Assembly (NCBI GenBank): GCA_024638285.1
Contig: JAHEKP010000001.1
Coordinates: 9,093 to 73,092 of the forward strand
Source of the DNA: Cryomorphaceae bacterium
GTDB taxonomy: Bacteria; Bacteroidota; Bacteroidia; Flavobacteriales; Schleiferiaceae
Length of the DNA stretch: 64,000 nt
Direction of reading: 5' to 3'
Below are positions 59,595 through 64,000 of this stretch, piece by piece. The notes under the pieces were generated by a model that did no database searches, was not told the DNA's origin, and saw only the letters and a program-made list of their open reading frames with translations. Each line of letters opens with the position of its first letter. Positions within the stretch are counted from its first letter, which is position 1. The translations under genes were made by a program, and so were the position numbers.

Positions 59595-60404
59595 ATGAGA
59601 AGTTGGATTTCGTGCATACTCTTTTTAGCAGCAATCCCTTCGATGGCGCAAGTGAATTGTTTAACGAGCGCTGACCAATTGGGGCCATATTTCATCCAAA
59701 ATGCACCGCTTGTAACGAACGACACACTTGCCCCAGGAATTAAGGACACTGCTCGAGGTTTGCAGTTGACGTTCTTCGTTTCCTTAGATTGCGATACACT
59801 TGACTTAGATACAGTTTCGAGCAGTTATATAGTGGAGCTATGGCATGCAAACGCACAAGGAGAATACAGTAATGTTGACGGCAACCCAAATGATTTTGCT
59901 TATCGTGGAAAGTTAGAGCTTACAGGGAAGTCGACTGTCATTTTTACCGAATTGCCGGGTATTTATCCCTTTCGTCCTTCGCACATCCACATTAAAAGTT
60001 ATTTCGCAGACCCTTGGTTTACAGATACATTAGTAACCCAGCTGTATTTTGAAGGAGATTCGCTTCTCCCGTTTGATATAGCCAGTACTTTTCCAGAGCG
60101 TTGGATACCATTAGATACCACGGCAAATGGATATATTGGAAGTTTTTCTTTTGGTCTTGCCCTGCACATAGGAGCGAATGAGCTAGCGGGTAGGTCATGG
60201 AAGTGTTTCCCTAACCCAGCATCCAATGTCCTCGAACTAAAAGCTTCAGGTCATGATCGTTTTATTCAAATCGCGGATTCACGGGGTAGTATTTATTTTG
60301 AAGGCGATTTACCGAATGGTGGTGTTCTAGATATCATGGATTGGCCGCGCGGGTCGTATATCGTTCGTAAAGAGGGTACAGCGCAGTTGGTACTGGTACA
60401 ATAA
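59595..60404 (+). CDS. Secreted intradiol ring-cleavage dioxygenase-like protein with T9SS type A C-terminal domain
   Basis: Signal peptide; GPYF, VELWHANAQGEY, YRG, PGIYPFRPSHIH, LVTQLYF; C-terminal CFPNPA...WPRGSYIV. Confidence 0.8.
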   Translation: MRSWISCILFLAAIPSMAQVNCLTSADQLGPYFIQNAPLVTNDTLAPGIKDTARGLQLTFFVSLDCDTLDLDTVSSSYIVELWHANAQGEYSNVDGNPNDFAYRGKLELTGKSTVIFTELPGIYPFRPSHIHIKSYFADPWFTDTLVTQLYFEGDSLLPFDIASTFPERWIPLDTTANGYIGSFSFGLALHIGANELAGRSWKCFPNPASNVLELKASGHDRFIQIADSRGSIYFEGDLPNGGVLDIMDWPRGSYIVRKEGTAQLVLVQ

Positions 60405-60525
60405 GGTTTTTAACAGAATCGGTGCATTTAGTGTGGATAACATCAATGACCTCATAGGTGGAGCCTATAGGTTACAAGGCTAAATTGGTCCTACTTTTGA
60501 ATTAAGAAAAAGAAATATATTTTTT

Positions 60526-60843
60526 ATGGCACTCGAAATAACAGAAGCAAACTTTGAAGAAGTTGTAATGAAATCAGACAAGCCTGTATTGGTTGACTTC
60601 TGGGCAGAATGGTGTGGCCCTTGCCGCATGGTTGGACCAGTTGTTGATGAATTGGCAGGTGATTATGAAGGAAAAGCCGTTGTAGGAAAATTGAACGTAG
60701 ACACGGATGGTGCAGTTGCTCAACAGTTTGGTGTACGCAATATCCCAACCCTTTTAGTATTCAAAAACGGTGAGATCGTAGATAAGCAAGTAGGAGCAAC
60801 AAGCAAGCAGGTACTTGCAGCTAAACTTGATGGCGCGATGTAA
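60526..60843 (+). CDS. trxA: Thioredoxin
   Basis: VLVDFWAEWCGPCR, VRNIPTL. TACTTTTG -7 box upstream. Confidence 0.97.
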   Translation: MALEITEANFEEVVMKSDKPVLVDFWAEWCGPCRMVGPVVDELAGDYEGKAVVGKLNVDTDGAVAQQFGVRNIPTLLVFKNGEIVDKQVGATSKQVLAAKLDGAM

Positions 60844-60864
60844 GCTACCGCAAAGAAAAAATTC

Positions 60865-60901
60865 AAAAGCCCCCAATCCGTTAGGATTGGGGGCTTTTTT
60901 T
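60865..60901 (+). terminator. Intrinsic (potentially bidirectional) terminator after trxA
   Basis: AAAAGCCCCCAATCC-GTTA-GGATTGGGGGCTTTT followed by further T. Confidence 0.85.
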
Positions 60902-60985
60902 GTTCGCAACTTTTAGTTCTTGACAAAAATTGATTTTGAGGATTAGACGTGCCAATTTGAATAGAAACCTCAAATAACGCACGCT

Positions 60986-63900
60986 ATGAAAGCACTACTA
61001 CGCTCATTTATTTGGATACCATATATCCTCGTACCCTCTAACTCTCACGCTCAATTGCAGGATTCATTGGATTGGATCTATGAAAAATTACCCGTTCAAA
61101 TCTTTGAAACGGGATTATTACACGATGTTAGTTCCGTGCATTTATTTACCCATGAGAGTCCTTTAGACCTTCATTTTCATAACGGTGAGATTCCCGGCAG
61201 AAGTGCGAACATCGAGCGGTTGCAGTATGTGTATATGGATTTATATCATAGTCAATTACGCGATTCAACAAATGGATTATGTACACAAAATAGCCTTCGG
61301 CTCTTACCCTGGGATACATTGAAATTAGAGGGGAAATATAGAGATAAGGTAGATGTTCCTCTTATGTTGCTCTGGGCAACCTTCAACACTTTAGATTCAA
61401 ACTCATTAGCCCTCGGATATTTAGATTTTCATCACGGCCAATTCGATTTAGTAGACGAATACATTTCCATAGACGATCAAGGTCAATATATTGTATATCA
61501 GGGAGATCCACTAAAACTGGCTCAGCAAGCGGTTCTTCGTGATACCACATTTATAGGATCTGTTCTGCATTCATCCGTCTACAGTGAAACTAATACGGCT
61601 TTGGTAACCTTTAAACTTGATCAAAGCGAGGTATTTGAGAATATCGGCGGCATAGATAGTATTTGTGTTGACTTTGCCGATGGAATTGGTTTCAGGAAAA
61701 TCAATATTAATCAACTGCTCTCTATTTCATATCAAAGCGCTTCCTCTCAAACAGAAAGCACAGTTAAACAACTCCGTATTCGTGGTTATAAAAACGGGAA
61801 AACCGCTGAGAGTACTTTAAAAGTCAATATTGTATTTAATACGCCAACAGCACATAGAGAATTTCTAACTGATCAATTGCCTTCTCCAACCTGCATAGCT
61901 ACTGCAACTCCTACAGAAGGTGCTCGGGTGACTGTAAGATATGCCAATCCCGTCGTGGGCTTTCAAAGACCAGTCGTAATTATTGAAGGCTTTGAATCCT
62001 CTATTCAGCCTTATGGCTATCTTACTTTTAAGAGTATAAGTAGTGGCTATGTGTTTAACGAAAACGGTGATCGAATCTTCCAACACATACAGCCTTTGAG
62101 TTGGTTGTATGATTCCCTAACAACAGAAGGTTTTGATATTGTACATCTAGATTTTCGAGAAGCAAAACTATCGCTTAAAGACAATGAAGTAAATGTATTA
62201 CGAACGCTACGATGGATCAATGAAGAGAACTCTGCTGCTGAGATTACACTGATAGGAGCATCAATGGGTGGACTCATTGCCAAAATGGCCATTAATGATC
62301 TTGCAAATGCCGGCTGTTGTTACCCGATTGTTGGTTACGGTTCCTTTGATGTTCCGCATCGTGGCGCCTTTATTCCTGTAGGATTACAAGCAGCGAGCAG
62401 ATATTATGCCGAATTATTGCCTTTTGTGCCCATGGCAAGGGATCCTTGGATCCGGGTCTTAAATTCTAAAGCGGCACAAGAGTTGTTAGTGACACACCTT
62501 GATCCTAAGGCCTTTAAAGCGCATGAAGAGACCTTGAGGTTGGCGGGTTCGCTACCCCAAGGAATGCGTCGATTTGCTATTGTAAACGGCAGTGATATGG
62601 GAATACCAAGAACTTTGGCGGATCCATTCAGTCGCTATTTCATGCACGGTATTAAATCTCAAATCTGTGTGCGGCACGCATTAGGAGTGCACCCCGATAC
62701 AATCAGTTTTAATTTGACCGGCTATCGTGATTCACTTTTAGTCTTTGGGTCTGAGGCTGTTGGACATAATCATGCAGGGACGTATTTGTTTCATGCAACC
62801 TCGTATCGACAATTCGTAATGGCTCTTCAAATGAATTGGACCGCTGAATGCTCCGCACGAAAAGTCCAATTTATCGCCGAATTAGGTCCTTATGTACCGG
62901 GAGTTTCAAAAGCACTGATTACTAAGGCAATTGCCAAACGGCAAAACCGCACCAATCAAAGACTTTCTAAACTGAAATTGCGAATGACTTCAGGTGCGTC
63001 TTCAGTCGCAAAGCATAAGTTTCCTTTAAACTATGAAGAAGTGCCGGGTGGATGGACGGCAACTGCCGCCTCATTTGAACTTCCAGTACTGAGTAAAATC
63101 TACAGTGCAACGCATTGCTTTATTCCTTCATTTAGCGCATTAGATGTAGGAGACAGTTTGGTGCGTCAACCGCTGCGTAACCTTCCGGATTATTCTTTTC
63201 ATCATTTTATAGCTCCTGGAATGGTTCACGATAATGCAGGTCCAAATCAAGCGCATATTAGTGCTGATTCTGCAATCATTGCGTTTGGATTGGCTCAATT
63301 GCGCTCCATTTATGATCAAACCGTAAGTGATAGTTTAAAAGCAGATTTTAACATTGCGCAACTCCATGCGTATCACGGAGCCACACAAGGTGATTTAGGT
63401 AAGGTAATCGTACCTGAAAATAGAACATTGGGACTCGGATTAAGTGGTGCCATGGGTTCTGTAAATTCCACTATTCAAAGTGCTTCGATACAAGAAGTAC
63501 ATTGTTTTGTAGGTCGTGGTTGTTCCTCTGATACACTACACATTTATGGGACGCTACAAATAGGGGATGGTCAAGATCGAAAAGCGTCAATTCGAGTAAA
63601 CAATTCAAGCGCTATAGTTCTACACAAAGGAGCCTCCTTATTTATTCAATCCGGTAGTCAACTAGAAATCGGAATTCATGGTGCTTTAATAGTAGAGAAA
63701 GGAGTTTCTATCGTTTTAGATCATGGTAAAATTCAATTTCAAGGAAGGCTACAGCTAGAGACAGATGCTATTTTTCATCCCCAAGGCTTCGGCCATTATA
63801 CGTTCAGTGATTCTGCGAACATTTCTGCAAATAAAGGAGCTGTTGTTCATATCGAAGATGCTCAAATACGTGTTTCGACAACGCTTGAAATACCTTCAGA

Positions 63901-64000
63901 GTTAGATCAGTTTGTACTTGATAGATGTAGCGTAACCCTTAGTTCGATTGCTACGATTCATTTATCGAATGCATCGCAATTTTGGAACACCCAATTTATT
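60986..64000 (+). CDS. Large secreted alpha/beta-hydrolase-domain protein, 3'-truncated (absent from the ORF track)
   Basis: Manual translation is open from ATG 60986 to the window end (about 1005 aa). Signal peptide ending SHA-Q, PVVIIEGF, nucleophile elbow IGASMGG (62252-62272), FDVPHRGA, HCFIPSFSALD, NQAH. Confidence 0.85.
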   Translation, partial: MKALLRSFIWIPYILVPSNSHAQLQDSLDWIYEKLPVQIFETGLLHDVSSVHLFTHESPLDLHFHNGEIPGRSANIERLQYVYMDLYHSQLRDSTNGLCTQNSLRLLPWDTLKLEGKYRDKVDVPLMLLWATFNTLDSNSLALGYLDFHHGQFDLVDEYISIDDQGQYIVYQGDPLKLAQQAVLRDTTFIGSVLHSSVYSETNTALVTFKLDQSEVFENIGGIDSICVDFADGIGFRKININQLLSISYQSASSQTESTVKQLRIRGYKNGKTAESTLKVNIVFNTPTAHREFLTDQLPSPTCIATATPTEGARVTVRYANPVVGFQRPVVIIEGFESSIQPYGYLTFKSISSGYVFNENGDRIFQHIQPLSWLYDSLTTEGFDIVHLDFREAKLSLKDNEVNVLRTLRWINEENSAAEITLIGASMGGLIAKMAINDLANAGCCYPIVGYGSFDVPHRGAFIPVGLQAASRYYAELLPFVPMARDPWIRVLNSKAAQELLVTHLDPKAFKAHEETLRLAGSLPQGMRRFAIVNGSDMGIPRTLADPFSRYFMHGIKSQICVRHALGVHPDTISFNLTGYRDSLLVFGSEAVGHNHAGTYLFHATSYRQFVMALQMNWTAECSARKVQFIAELGPYVPGVSKALITKAIAKRQNRTNQRLSKLKLRMTSGASSVAKHKFPLNYEEVPGGWTATAASFELPVLSKIYSATHCFIPSFSALDVGDSLVRQPLRNLPDYSFHHFIAPGMVHDNAGPNQAHISADSAIIAFGLAQLRSIYDQTVSDSLKADFNIAQLHAYHGATQGDLGKVIVPENRTLGLGLSGAMGSVNSTIQSASIQEVHCFVGRGCSSDTLHIYGTLQIGDGQDRKASIRVNNSSAIVLHKGASLFIQSGSQLEIGIHGALIVEKGVSIVLDHGKIQFQGRLQLETDAIFHPQGFGHYTFSDSANISANKGAVVHIEDAQIRVSTTLEIPSELDQFVLDRCSVTLSSIATIHLSNASQFWNTQFI

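Noticed and set aside
1..64000. Short antisense or nested track ORFs; CRISPR, tRNA, rRNA, IS, prophage or defence genes
   Set aside because: The nested ORFs are shadows of well-supported genes with no recognisable motifs. I recognised no repeat-spacer arrays, structural RNA genes, transposases, integrases or defence domains by eye.

Overview
A very gene-dense, roughly 42-45% GC (estimated by eye) chromosomal segment from a Bacteroidota bacterium, most likely Flavobacteriales. Support for this comes from T9SS type A and B cargo proteins, TAnnTTTG -7 promoter boxes, exonuclease-fused DnaE and the guaB-SurA-MoxR cluster. Housekeeping genes (accC-type carboxylase, hisS, bshC, guaA, ettA, guaB, hutH, sucC, gmhA, dnaE, trxA) are interleaved with many light and photo-oxidative stress genes. 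These include three photolyase/cryptochrome family members, PrxQ/Bcp, crtZ, a lycopene cyclase, crtD, cruF, a CarF/FAD4-type desaturase, DUF2256, TIGR03643, an SDR and a flavin-reductase-like gene. The main signal is a shared motif, VAAC-N16/17-BGTTT, in front of six of these dispersed light-related transcription units, with a weaker copy before the CarF-like gene. This suggests a dispersed ECF-sigma (or dimeric-regulator) photoprotection regulon. Other notable features are two head-to-head gene pairs with touching or overlapping start codons and promoters inside the opposite gene, a candidate two-hairpin sRNA, a PadR operator, a T9SS-tagged intradiol dioxygenase abutting dnaE, and a >1000-aa alpha/beta-hydrolase ORF missing from the ORF track. 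I saw no tRNA, rRNA, CRISPR array or mobile element. All calls come from motif recognition, not database searches.
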